A stretch of DNA of 64,000 bases, taken from assembly GCA_038895675.1 (NCBI GenBank), contig JAWANB010000001.1, forward strand, positions 31,443 to 95,442, in the 5' to 3' direction. The translations under genes were made by a program, and so were the position numbers. Source of the DNA: Candidatus Iainarchaeum sp. (GTDB lineage: Archaea > Iainarchaeota > Iainarchaeia > Iainarchaeales > Iainarchaeaceae). The notes beneath the pieces are model-generated. The model had not been told where the DNA came from. It saw only the letters and a program-made list of their open reading frames with translations, and did not search any database. Positions 46,317 through 55,817 of the stretch are shown piece by piece; the stretch's first letter is position 1, and every line of letters begins with the position of its first letter.

Positions 46317-47129
46317 TTGGCAGATGTTTTTGTTGTTTTTGGGTCTCAAACAGACGAAAAAACATACAATCTACTAAATGAAAAACTAAAAAAAAGTGGG
46401 ATTTCATTAGATTTTAGAGTATTGAGTGCACATAAAACACCAAAAGAACTTGAATACGAATTGAACGATACAAATGCAGAACTTTTTGTTGCAGGAGCTG
46501 GGCTTTCAGCAGCATTGCCAGGAGTAATAGCCTCTAAAAAAATTAAACCAGTAATAGGTTTACCTTGCGATAGTGCCTTTTCAGGAATAGACGCTTTTCT
46601 TTCTTGTGCACAAATGCCTTCAGGAGTTCCAGTAATAACTGTCGGTGTCAATAAAATAGAAAAAGTATTAAAGTTATGCGGTAATTTTTTGCACGGCTTT
46701 ACAGAAATAGTCTTAGTAAAAAAGACATCAAACATAGAAAAAAATTATTATGAAAAATGTAAAGAATTTCTACAATCAAACAAAATACCTTTTTCAGAGA
46801 CAACTAACATAGGAAAATTTGACCATTCAAAAGTATTTATTGACTTTTTGAAATTAGGAAAAAAGCCAAAACAAACAGACAACATAGTTATTACTTGCGC
46901 AGTAGCAGACAAAGCAAAAAAAAATGATGCAATAAAATTTTTTGACTCAATGCAAAACACTTATTGTGTTGGTTTAAACAACTACAAAAACGCAGCAATA
47001 GCTGCCATACAACTCACAAACTTGAAAGGCACTTACTCTAATTTACTTTTAGAGCTAAGAAGAAAAGAAGCCGAAAAAGTCATCAATAGCAACAAATACG
47101 CTTCTTTAATCTCAAGGTCTGCTGAATAA
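46317..47129 (+). CDS. purE: N5-CAIR mutase PurE with an approximately 100-aa C-terminal extension.
   Basis: VFVVFGSQTDEK...VLSAHKTP...AGAGLSAALPGVIAS...PVIGLP...MPSGVPVITVG is the PurE core. It is followed by an extra segment ending in a PurE-like tail, NAAIAAIQLTNL. TTG start. Confidence 0.7.
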   Translation: MADVFVVFGSQTDEKTYNLLNEKLKKSGISLDFRVLSAHKTPKELEYELNDTNAELFVAGAGLSAALPGVIASKKIKPVIGLPCDSAFSGIDAFLSCAQMPSGVPVITVGVNKIEKVLKLCGNFLHGFTEIVLVKKTSNIEKNYYEKCKEFLQSNKIPFSETTNIGKFDHSKVFIDFLKLGKKPKQTDNIVITCAVADKAKKNDAIKFFDSMQNTYCVGLNNYKNAAIAAIQLTNLKGTYSNLLLELRRKEAEKVINSNKYASLISRSAE

Positions 47130-47216
47130 CAATAATAACTGAACCACACCAAAACCAAATAACAAAACTAAAAAAACTAACAACAACAATTCAAATAAAC
47201 AAATCAAGACAAAAAA

Positions 47217-48764
47217 CTAATGCCTGAAATGTCTTTCGTTAGTAAAATACAACGAAATTTTTCTCCTTTCTGCTTCTTCTATTACTTGATTATCATTAAT
47301 GCTTCCGCCTGGCTCAACCACAGCAATAATCCCAGCATCAGAAGCTATAGTTATACTATCCTTAAAAGGAAAAAACGCATCAGAGGCAAGCACAGCATTA
47401 GTACAATTAAAACCTGCTTTTTTTATTGCCAACTCAACAGCATCAATACGCGAAGAAAGACCACCACCAATACCAATAGTAGCCAAATCTTTTGCAATTA
47501 CTATTGCATTACTTTTAACATTTTTTACAACACGCCAAGCAAATTCCAAGTCTCTAAGTTCATTACTATTAGCTTTTCTAGAAGTCTTCAAATCAAAAGT
47601 AATTTTTTTCAAATTGTCTTTTTCTTGGCAAAGCATTCCGCCATCTATTTGTCTAAACTCAAATTTTTCACTTTGAACTGAAAACTCTAACTGTAAAACT
47701 CTCAAATTAGGTTTTTTCAAAAGTAGTTTAAAAGCATCTTCAGAATAAGAAGGAGCAACAACAGCCTCATTAAAAAAAGAAACTATTTGTTCAGCACAAC
47801 TAACATCACATTCCCTATTCAAAGCGATTATCCCGCCAAAAGCACTCAAAGAATCAGACTTATAAGCACGAGAAAAAGCAGAGGAAATATTATTACTTAT
47901 AGCTACTCCACAAGGATTGCCATGCTTAACAATTGCAACACATGGCTCAGAAAACTCTTTAACTATTTGCAAAGCAGCATCAAGATCTAAATAGTTATTA
48001 TAAGAAAGTTCCTTCCCATTCAATTGCTTTGCATTTACTAGTTGGGAATTAAAAGTAAAGGGAAACTTGTACAAAGCACCTGCCTGGTGTGGATTTTCAC
48101 CATACCTTAACTCACTAATTTGTCTTAATGCGATTGTTTTTTCACGAGCAAAAAAAGGCAAACCAAATTTTTGTTGAAAAAAATTAGAAATAATAGAATC
48201 ATAAAAAGCAGTATGAGAAAAAGCTTCTACCATCAACTCCTTTCTTAACTCAGAACTCAACCTAAAATCATTCTTTGAAAGTTCGTTCATCACTTTTTTG
48301 TATTGAAGAGGCGAAGTAACAACTCCAACATACTCAAAATTCTTTGCAGCACCTCTTATCAACGATGGACCACCAATATCAATATTTTCAATCAAGTCTT
48401 CCAACAAAAGAGACTTCAACGCCACTTCCTCAAAAGGATAAAGATTAACAACGACTAAGTCAATAGTAGAAATACCATGTTTCTCAAGTTCTTCCAAATG
48501 CTTTTTTTCTCTTTTAGCAAGTATTCCTGCATGAATTTTTGGATGCAATGTTTTTACTCTCCCCTCAAGCATTTCTGGAAAATTTGTTATGTCTTCAACT
48601 TTTTCAGATTTAATACCTGCTAAAAGTAAAGCATTATAAGTGCCCCCTGAAGAAATCAGTTTGACACCATTATCAGAAAGAAATTTTGCAAATTCTGCTA
48701 AATTAGTCTTATCATAAACTGATAAAAGTGCAGTCTTAACTTTATGCATGTACATGCTAAGCAC
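47217..48764 (-). CDS. purH: Bifunctional AICAR transformylase/IMP cyclohydrolase.
   Basis: KTALLSVYDKTNLAEFAKFLSDNGVKLISSGGT (MGS-like domain) and a C-terminal AICARFT domain. Confidence 0.9.
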   Translation of the reverse strand: MLSMYMHKVKTALLSVYDKTNLAEFAKFLSDNGVKLISSGGTYNALLLAGIKSEKVEDITNFPEMLEGRVKTLHPKIHAGILAKREKKHLEELEKHGISTIDLVVVNLYPFEEVALKSLLLEDLIENIDIGGPSLIRGAAKNFEYVGVVTSPLQYKKVMNELSKNDFRLSSELRKELMVEAFSHTAFYDSIISNFFQQKFGLPFFAREKTIALRQISELRYGENPHQAGALYKFPFTFNSQLVNAKQLNGKELSYNNYLDLDAALQIVKEFSEPCVAIVKHGNPCGVAISNNISSAFSRAYKSDSLSAFGGIIALNRECDVSCAEQIVSFFNEAVVAPSYSEDAFKLLLKKPNLRVLQLEFSVQSEKFEFRQIDGGMLCQEKDNLKKITFDLKTSRKANSNELRDLEFAWRVVKNVKSNAIVIAKDLATIGIGGGLSSRIDAVELAIKKAGFNCTNAVLASDAFFPFKDSITIASDAGIIAVVEPGGSINDNQVIEEAERRKISLYFTNERHFRH

Positions 48765-49380
48765 CCAAAACTATTTTGCCATCAATAACCATTTTAAGAG
48801 CTTCTAAAAGGCATTCTTGTTCAGCCTTTTGTACCTTTTTTTTTAAAGTCTCAACATTATCATTCTTTTCAACAATAACTTTTTTTTGAAGAATTATTTT
48901 ACCACCATCAACTATTTCATTAACTTCATGCAAAGTACAACCTGTTTCTTTATCTCTGTTCTTCAAAACCATTTCATAAACATTCAAATTCATAGCACCA
49001 GCATATTTAGGCAACAAACTCGGATGAACATTCCAAATTCGTCCTTTGAAAGACTGAACAAAAAAAGGCGATAGTATTTTCATAAAACCTATGAGTAAAA
49101 TCAAATCAACATTTTTTTTCTTTAACTCTGAAACGATAACTTCCTCTGCATCTTTTCTTTCAGGAAAACTAGAATAGTCAACAAAAATAGTATTAATATT
49201 GTTGAGTTTGGCGCGTTCAAGAATATAAGCGTCTTTTTTATCAGAAACAACCAAACAAATTTCGCAATTCAATTGTCCATTATTAATAGCATCTATTATA
49301 GCCTGCAAGTCAGTACCACGCGTCGAACCCAAAACACCCAATTTTAATTTTTTTTCTTTATAACTTCCCCAAGCACCCAA
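48757..49380 (-). CDS. purN: Phosphoribosylglycinamide formyltransferase.
   Basis: KLGVLGSTRGTDLQAIIDA...NVHPSLLPKYAG. The true start may be a downstream TTG, which would remove the 37-nt overlap with purM. Confidence 0.85.
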   Translation of the reverse strand: MGAWGSYKEKKLKLGVLGSTRGTDLQAIIDAINNGQLNCEICLVVSDKKDAYILERAKLNNINTIFVDYSSFPERKDAEEVIVSELKKKNVDLILLIGFMKILSPFFVQSFKGRIWNVHPSLLPKYAGAMNLNVYEMVLKNRDKETGCTLHEVNEIVDGGKIILQKKVIVEKNDNVETLKKKVQKAEQECLLEALKMVIDGKIVLGA

Positions 49381-50357
49381 GCTGATTCACCTTTAGAAGA
49401 CAAAAAAGAAATAGTTTTAGGAACGTCTTTTTTACTTACTATCAAAACCAATCCAACACCCATGTTGAAAGTCCTAAACATTTCGTTATCACTTATTTTA
49501 CCTTTTTCTTGAATAAGCCTAAAAATAGAAGGTATTTTTACTGAATCAAAATCATATTTTGCATCCAAATTTTCAGGAATTATCCGAGGCAAGTTTTCTA
49601 TAATGCCACCACCAGTAATGTGAGCAACCCCGTGAACTTTAACTTTTTCTAATAAAGACAAAACAACATTACTATAACTTTTATGAACACTAAGCAAAGC
49701 ATCACCTAAAGTAGTTCCTAAAACCTCAATATGGTCAGTCACTTTAAAACCAGCTTCTTCCAACAAAACTTTTCTCGCCAAACTAAAGCCATTAGTATGC
49801 AAACCATTGGAAGCCAAGGCAATTAAAACATCGCCTTCTGAAACTTTAGAAGAATCTAAAAAGTTCTTCTTTTCAACAATGCCCACCATAAAACCAACTA
49901 TGTCATGTTCGCCTTCCAAATAAACACCAGGCATTTCGGCAGTCTCGCCACCAATCAATGGGCAATTCAAAGACTTACAAGCAATAGCCATTCCACTAAC
50001 TATTTCAGCCACGATTTCTGGTTTCATCTTTGAAGAGGCAATATAGTCCATAAAAAACAAAGGTTTCGCACCCATACAAAGAATATCGTTAGAACAATGA
50101 TTTACTATGTCAGCACCAACAGAATCCCACTTATTCATTAGAGCAGCAACTTTAAGTTTAGTTCCAACACCATCAACAGTAGAAACCAAAAAAAAATCTT
50201 TAGTATTACCTATCCTTTTCAAAGAAACAACAGCACCAAAAGAACCAACACCAGAAATGACGTTTTTATTATAAGTGCCTTTAACTATATTGCCAATCAA
50301 GTCTTCAGCCAAATTACCAGCATCAATGTCAACACCGGCTTTTTTATAATCAGTCAT
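49344..50357 (-). CDS. purM: AIR synthetase.
   Basis: DYKKAGVDIDAGNLAEDLI...SGVGSFGA...DGVGTK. Confidence 0.9.
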   Translation of the reverse strand: MTDYKKAGVDIDAGNLAEDLIGNIVKGTYNKNVISGVGSFGAVVSLKRIGNTKDFFLVSTVDGVGTKLKVAALMNKWDSVGADIVNHCSNDILCMGAKPLFFMDYIASSKMKPEIVAEIVSGMAIACKSLNCPLIGGETAEMPGVYLEGEHDIVGFMVGIVEKKNFLDSSKVSEGDVLIALASNGLHTNGFSLARKVLLEEAGFKVTDHIEVLGTTLGDALLSVHKSYSNVVLSLLEKVKVHGVAHITGGGIIENLPRIIPENLDAKYDFDSVKIPSIFRLIQEKGKISDNEMFRTFNMGVGLVLIVSKKDVPKTISFLSSKGESAWVLGEVIKKKN

Positions 50358-51741
50358 TTAAAAGCCTCTTTTTCCAATACTTACAAACGAGCTCTGTTTT
50401 CTTTGAAGAAAGACCGACATAATTAACAGGATTTTTTACAATATTCTTCTCTTTCTCAGAAAACTTTTCCCAAAAAGACTTTACAACAGAATTAGACAAA
50501 GCAACTTCTAAAAACTTTTTATTATTTTTTTCAGCCTCTAAAGTAATTTCCCTAACCAACTCATGAGCATTACTATGACCATACTTTGCCAACAAAATAT
50601 ATAATGGCTCAGCACCCAACTTACTTTCTGAAATAGAAAAGTTTTTTTTCATAGAAGACTTATCAATTACCAAATTAGAAGAAACCCTTTCAAGTCTATC
50701 AACACAAACAGCCAAAGCCAAAAATAATTCAGGTATGAAACGAGCACTAGCACTATTAGTCAAATCACGCTGATGCTCAGAAATAGCATCCAAGTTATAA
50801 GTAATCAAGCGAGGTAAAAAAGCTTTCCACATGCTTTTAACATTCTCAAAATTAATCGGATTTCTCTTATGTGGCATCGTACTAGAACCCACTTGTTTTT
50901 CTCCAAAACTTTCCATGACCTCAGAAATTTCACTCCTTTGTAAATGCCTCATGTCATCACTAAAATTAGCAAGCACATTAAAACACTCCATTAAAGCGTT
51001 AAGAAGCCTTAACATAGTCTCAGGATTAACTATTTGTGTAGAATGACGAGCACATTTCAAACCAAGCAAAGTAAGCACATCAGACTCAAATTTTAAAGGA
51101 TCCTTTACAATTAACGAAGAAGCGTTGTAAGAACCTACAGCACCAGAAAATTTGCCCTCTAAAGAATCAGCACAATTTTGAATATTTTCAATGGACATAC
51201 CAAGTCTATTCACATAAGAAGACATTGTAAAACCAAAAGTAATAGGCTCTGCATGCTGCCCATGAGTCCTGCCTATTTGTAATGTGTCTTTCTCTCTCAA
51301 AGCAATTGCAATCCAAACATTGAGCAAAGACTTCAACTTAGGCAACAAAAACAATTTAGCTGTTTCTTTATAGCGCAAAGCAGAAGCAGTATCTACAATA
51401 TCATAAGAAGTAGCAGAAAAATGCACAAATCTTTTAGCATCATCAGAAACCTTAGACCTAATAACATTTGCAAGAGCTCTAACGTCATGCTTGATTTTTT
51501 TTTCTTCAGCATAAACCTCTTCAGCACTAACAGACTCACAAGCAACAGATATTTCGTCTGCAATTTTTTTAGAACAAACACCATGCAAAGCCAAAACTCT
51601 CACAAGAGCAGCCTCAACTTTTGCCTGATACCTTATCCTTGCATTTTCAGAAAGAAATTTTTCAGCCTCAATCTTTAATTGCCCATCAACATACCTATAA
51701 TCAAAAGGCGAAAAAAAATCAAACTTATCCAAAAATAACAC
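50350..51741 (-). CDS. purB: Adenylosuccinate lyase.
   Basis: Fumarase/ASL-family signature SSTMPHKRNP and an N-terminal SPFDYRY. Confidence 0.9.
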   Translation of the reverse strand: MLFLDKFDFFSPFDYRYVDGQLKIEAEKFLSENARIRYQAKVEAALVRVLALHGVCSKKIADEISVACESVSAEEVYAEEKKIKHDVRALANVIRSKVSDDAKRFVHFSATSYDIVDTASALRYKETAKLFLLPKLKSLLNVWIAIALREKDTLQIGRTHGQHAEPITFGFTMSSYVNRLGMSIENIQNCADSLEGKFSGAVGSYNASSLIVKDPLKFESDVLTLLGLKCARHSTQIVNPETMLRLLNALMECFNVLANFSDDMRHLQRSEISEVMESFGEKQVGSSTMPHKRNPINFENVKSMWKAFLPRLITYNLDAISEHQRDLTNSASARFIPELFLALAVCVDRLERVSSNLVIDKSSMKKNFSISESKLGAEPLYILLAKYGHSNAHELVREITLEAEKNNKKFLEVALSNSVVKSFWEKFSEKEKNIVKNPVNYVGLSSKKTELVCKYWKKRLLND

Positions 51742-51786
51742 CTAATAAATTCAACTTAATATAAATTTAAAATAGAATCTAAAAAC

Positions 51787-52374
51787 CTAAACCCATAAAG
51801 AAAAACTTATTTTTCCTGTAAAAACAAAAATACAAAAAATAAAAAAAAGCAACACAGAAAGAACATAAAAAACAGAAATTATCAAAGACTTAAAATGTGA
51901 AATAACAAAAAAATTTGCGAAAAGTTCATTCAAAAGAAAAAGATAAAGACCAAGGCCAAGCAAAAAGAAAATCAAACCAGCAAAATCCGCAAAAGGAACA
52001 GAAGAAACCAAAAAAACTAAAGAAACGGCAGAAAGTAAATAATAATTTAATCCAAGTAAAGAAACAAAATCTCCATTTTTAGAAAAAAGTCTTGAAACAA
52101 TAAAAGCAAAGAAACAACCAACAAAAGCTTGTAATAAAAAAAACATGAAAACACCAAAAAAAGTAATACCAGAATTAAAAAAAATGTCTTGGCTCAAAGA
52201 CCTTGAAGCAATAATTACAAGGCTAGAAGAAAAAATCCAATAAAATAATAAAATCTTGAATATTTTTGCCACACCATCAAAAACAGTATGCTTTTCTTTA
52301 GCAATTAACCTAACAGGCTTATAAAAAGTAATAACATCAAACAAATCTTGTAATTCATTAGGCAACTTAACCAC
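51787..52374 (-). CDS. Polytopic membrane protein, hypothetical.
   Basis: 195 aa with about 5 TM helices. Confidence 0.4.
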   Translation of the reverse strand: MVKLPNELQDLFDVITFYKPVRLIAKEKHTVFDGVAKIFKILLFYWIFSSSLVIIASRSLSQDIFFNSGITFFGVFMFFLLQAFVGCFFAFIVSRLFSKNGDFVSLLGLNYYLLSAVSLVFLVSSVPFADFAGLIFFLLGLGLYLFLLNELFANFFVISHFKSLIISVFYVLSVLLFFIFCIFVFTGKISFSLWV

Positions 52375-52690
52375 TCTTTGGCTCTAACCTTATAGAAAGA
52401 TTGTTATTAGTAGGTACAATAACATTTTCCAAAACAGAAGAAAAATAACCGTCCTTGACAACAACAACAGTATAATTGCCAGCAGCAATCATTGAAACTA
52501 AATTACCATAAGAATCAGTATAACCAACTATAGATAAAGCATTATCAGACTCCGGGGAAAAAGAAACCCTTGCATTTTCTATAGGATAACCATAAGAATC
52601 AGTAACAACAACATTTACTGGATAATCCTTCTCAGAAACACAACCGAAAAAAAAAACTAAAAAAAACAAAGACAAATATAAAGTTCTCAT
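52367..52690 (-). CDS. Small secreted protein with a CarboxypepD_reg-like domain.
   Basis: Signal peptide, then NVVVTDSYGYPIENARVSF...GNYTVVVVKDGYFS. Confidence 0.45.
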   Translation of the reverse strand: MRTLYLSLFFLVFFFGCVSEKDYPVNVVVTDSYGYPIENARVSFSPESDNALSIVGYTDSYGNLVSMIAAGNYTVVVVKDGYFSSVLENVIVPTNNNLSIRLEPKSG

Positions 52691-52738
52691 AATTAAAAGA
52701 GTGAAAATATTATATTTAAAGGTTGCTATATTAATACT

Positions 52739-53950
52739 ATGCCAAACTTTTCCAATATTGCACCAATCATAGGCTTAATAACCATAGCCATAATTGTTTC
52801 AACCATATACTATGGAGACTTTTTAGGTGTAAAAAATGTTTTTCAAATAACTGCATTTATTACCGCTAATTTTTCAAGCACTCCAAGCACTTTTTACCCA
52901 ACTATTTCACCAATAACTTTACAAAGCATAAGCATAAGCCGTTCTACTACCACTAGCCCAACCACAACAACACAACCAACACAAACCACAACACCAAACC
53001 CAACCACAACAACACAACCAACACAAACCACAACACCAAACCCAACCACAACAACACAACCAACACAAACCACAACACCAAACCCAACCACAACAACACA
53101 ACCAACACAAACCACAACACCAAGAATAAATAATAAACCAATAATAGTGATAGTAGATCCAACCTATAATTCCGTTTATACTGAAACAGATAAAATAACA
53201 GTTCAAACAGAAGTATTTGACTTTGAAAACAATGTAAGCTTTGTTGAATTCTTCTTAAATGATCAACTTATCTCAAAAGATGAAACATCGCCATATTCAA
53301 TTACATTAGAAAATTTGAAAGAAGGGATTTATGAAATAAGTGCAATAGCAACAGATCAACTAGGGTTAAATAGCAAGTCAAACATAGTTAAAATAGAAAT
53401 ACAAAAACAAAGAAGAACAACACAAAGTCCAAGACCAACAACAAGTACACCACAACCAACACAAAGCGTTCAACGAAAAACATGGGAAAGAGAATCTAAT
53501 AACAAATTATCTCCAGACAAACCATTAGTAATAATTACTAAACCAGATGCAGGACAAAAATTTTTTATTAACCAAACTTTTGAGTTTGAAGCCGAACTAA
53601 GACCAAAAGACTTCAACATAGAAAAAATGGAATTTTACATTAATGAAAAACTAATAAACACAGACTATGAGGCTCCATATTCAATAGAATATTCTGAAGA
53701 CAAATTAGGAGTATATACGTTAAGGGCGGTAGCAGTCTATGAAAAAACCCAAACTGCTTTTTCAAAACCAACGTGGATAACAATAACAAATCCAGAACAG
53801 CAAAAGCAAACAAAATCAATTTTAGAAATACCATTTATTGAAAATGGAAAAAAACAAGAAGAAAAGCAAGAACAAAATATTGTTAAAGAAGAAAAAAAAT
53901 ACAATTCTATACTTGACTTTATAATAGACTACTTACTAAAACTAATTTAA
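52739..53950 (+). CDS. Surface protein with a mucin-like Thr/Pro/Gln tandem-repeat linker and two Ig-like domains.
   Basis: N-terminal TM. About four 14-aa repeats (TTTTQPTQTTTPNP). Two homologous roughly 90-aa domains (…SPYSITLENLKEGIYEISAIATD… and …APYSIEYSEDKLGVYTLRAVAVY…). Confidence 0.6.
   Translation: MPNFSNIAPIIGLITIAIIVSTIYYGDFLGVKNVFQITAFITANFSSTPSTFYPTISPITLQSISISRSTTTSPTTTTQPTQTTTPNPTTTTQPTQTTTPNPTTTTQPTQTTTPNPTTTTQPTQTTTPRINNKPIIVIVDPTYNSVYTETDKITVQTEVFDFENNVSFVEFFLNDQLISKDETSPYSITLENLKEGIYEISAIATDQLGLNSKSNIVKIEIQKQRRTTQSPRPTTSTPQPTQSVQRKTWERESNNKLSPDKPLVIITKPDAGQKFFINQTFEFEAELRPKDFNIEKMEFYINEKLINTDYEAPYSIEYSEDKLGVYTLRAVAVYEKTQTAFSKPTWITITNPEQQKQTKSILEIPFIENGKKQEEKQEQNIVKEEKKYNSILDFIIDYLLKLI
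52957..53124 (+). repeat. 4 x 42-nt perfect tandem repeat encoding TTTTQPTQTTTPNP, inside the CDS.
   Basis: The unit cccaaccacaacaacacaaccaacacaaaccacaacaccaaa is repeated head-to-tail. Confidence 0.85.
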
Positions 53951-53954
53951 AATT

Positions 53955-55817
53955 TCATAAATTTCTATTGAAAATAGTAAAAATAATGAAAGTAATAGCA
54001 GGAACTATCAATTTCAAAATCTCTTCCACTAAATTGAAAATACTTGTTCCTTTTACCATTACCTCTATCAATAAATTCACTCCTAAATTTAGAGGCATTA
54101 TACTTCCTAAGGACTGAATAGGTTTGCTCATTAATTCAATAGGAATAATTATTCCGCTTATAAAAATCATAGGAACGACTAACAACAAGCCAGTCAAAAT
54201 AGTAGTTGATTGAGTCTTAGTATAATTAGTTATTAGCAAGCCAAGAGAAATAAAAGATACGGAAATTACTGAAATAGCAATGAAAATTTCCAAAAAACTA
54301 GAAGCTAAATTGACACCGAAAAAATAGACTGAAATAGCTAATATTAAAGCCGCTTCTAAAAGAGAAAAAAACAATTGGCCAAGCACTTTTCCTGTGAACA
54401 AAGTTGCTTTGTTAGTTCTTGAAAGAACTAAACGAGAAAATGCACCTTCGTTTCTTTCAACAACAAAAGATACACCAGTAAGAAGAATAGTTGTAAGCAT
54501 TAAAACTATCGCCATCGCCATTGGAGACAATATATCCAACTTTGAAACCTTATACAAACTTATTTTGTTTATTATTATCGGATTGGCCAAAAATTGTGGA
54601 TTCAAAGATTTTAATTCGTCAAGCTTTGAAACAAAATTAGAAAGCATCGCCAAACTCGAATTCAAATCACTGCTAACTCTTTGCTTTGTAATTAATGATT
54701 CGTCAATTAAATTATTCACTTTATCTATGGTTTTACTCAAATTATCCAAGTTAGAGTTAAAATAATCTAAATTGTTTTTAGACGCCTCTATTCTATTTGA
54801 AATGTCCAAAAGCTCAGAATCTATTTCAGCCAAATCAGTTGATACCCTGCCCAACTCATTCTCTAAAGAAGTTAACTCGTTATAAGCGCTATCCAAATCA
54901 ACTTCAGCGTTAGCCAAAGTATTATATGCAGAACTAATTTTTGAACAAACATTATAAGTATCAGTTCCAGAATTAATGCAAAATTGTCTTGCAACTTCTA
55001 ATGAATTCTTTGCTTCGGTTATTTTAGCTTTATAATTTAAAACTTTTCTTTTAGATTCTGCTATTTTTTCAACTTTTTCATTTCTCAATTCCTTAAATTT
55101 AGCTATTTTTTCCCTGAACAAAGACAACTTAGGGCCACTTTCCTCAACAAACTTTTTTTGCTCATCAAGATTTTTTCGCATTTCTTTGATATCAATAGCT
55201 TCAACAGACTTTCTTAACTCTATGAGTTCTTTTTCACTTTCATCTAACTGCAAAATAAACTGCTTTACTTTCATGACCTCTTGCCCTATTTCTCTTCTCA
55301 TTAAGTCAAGGCTTGACCAAATCTGAGAAAGCATTTTTCTGGACGTTTCAAAACCTACGGCCCTTATAGAATCATTAGCGGCCTGGAAGAACAAAGTAGA
55401 AGCAATAAATTCTGTATTATTATTAATGACATCAACGACAAACCTTCCTTGAGTAACCTCTACTTCTCTAACAATTATGCCAAGCTTAACTTTTTTCTTA
55501 TCAACACTTTTCAACAACTCATCTTCACTATTAAAAATAATTATTTTCACAAGATTTGATTTTTCAAGGTTTGAAACAAAGTCTTGGACGTCAAAAGACT
55601 TTATTTCGGAAGAAACATAAAAACCAACATTAATAGCGCCTATAGAAGCAGTGCCTGAATATGCAAGACCTAAAGTGACTATTACAATTATAGGGTAAAG
55701 CAAAATCAATGCAATAGCTATTTTTTGAGTTTTAATCAAGTCTATTTCTTTAGCAGCTATCGCAAACAAAGAAAAGAAAGGCAATTTCTCAATCAAAAAC
55801 CTTAATTTCTTAATCAC
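53955..55817 (-). CDS. ABC-2 family permease (YhgE/Pip-like) with a large extracytoplasmic coiled-coil domain.
   Basis: TM1, then about 350 aa of helical/coiled-coil sequence, then 5 C-terminal TMs. Overlaps the upstream ATPase gene by 4 nt. Confidence 0.6.
   Translation of the reverse strand: MIKKLRFLIEKLPFFSLFAIAAKEIDLIKTQKIAIALILLYPIIVIVTLGLAYSGTASIGAINVGFYVSSEIKSFDVQDFVSNLEKSNLVKIIIFNSEDELLKSVDKKKVKLGIIVREVEVTQGRFVVDVINNNTEFIASTLFFQAANDSIRAVGFETSRKMLSQIWSSLDLMRREIGQEVMKVKQFILQLDESEKELIELRKSVEAIDIKEMRKNLDEQKKFVEESGPKLSLFREKIAKFKELRNEKVEKIAESKRKVLNYKAKITEAKNSLEVARQFCINSGTDTYNVCSKISSAYNTLANAEVDLDSAYNELTSLENELGRVSTDLAEIDSELLDISNRIEASKNNLDYFNSNLDNLSKTIDKVNNLIDESLITKQRVSSDLNSSLAMLSNFVSKLDELKSLNPQFLANPIIINKISLYKVSKLDILSPMAMAIVLMLTTILLTGVSFVVERNEGAFSRLVLSRTNKATLFTGKVLGQLFFSLLEAALILAISVYFFGVNLASSFLEIFIAISVISVSFISLGLLITNYTKTQSTTILTGLLLVVPMIFISGIIIPIELMSKPIQSLGSIMPLNLGVNLLIEVMVKGTSIFNLVEEILKLIVPAITFIIFTIFNRNL

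Noticed and set aside
52957-53124. CRISPR array candidate.
   Set aside because: The only regular tandem repeat in the window has a 42-nt period with no spacers, and it is in-frame coding for a Thr/Pro linker. It is not a CRISPR array, and no other repeat-spacer structure was seen.
52894-53206. Three overlapping minus-strand ORFs (Cys/Val/Trp/Leu-rich peptides) in the track.
   Set aside because: They are antisense translations of the perfect 42-nt Thr-codon tandem repeat inside the 52739..53950 gene. A repetitive antisense ORF is an artefact.
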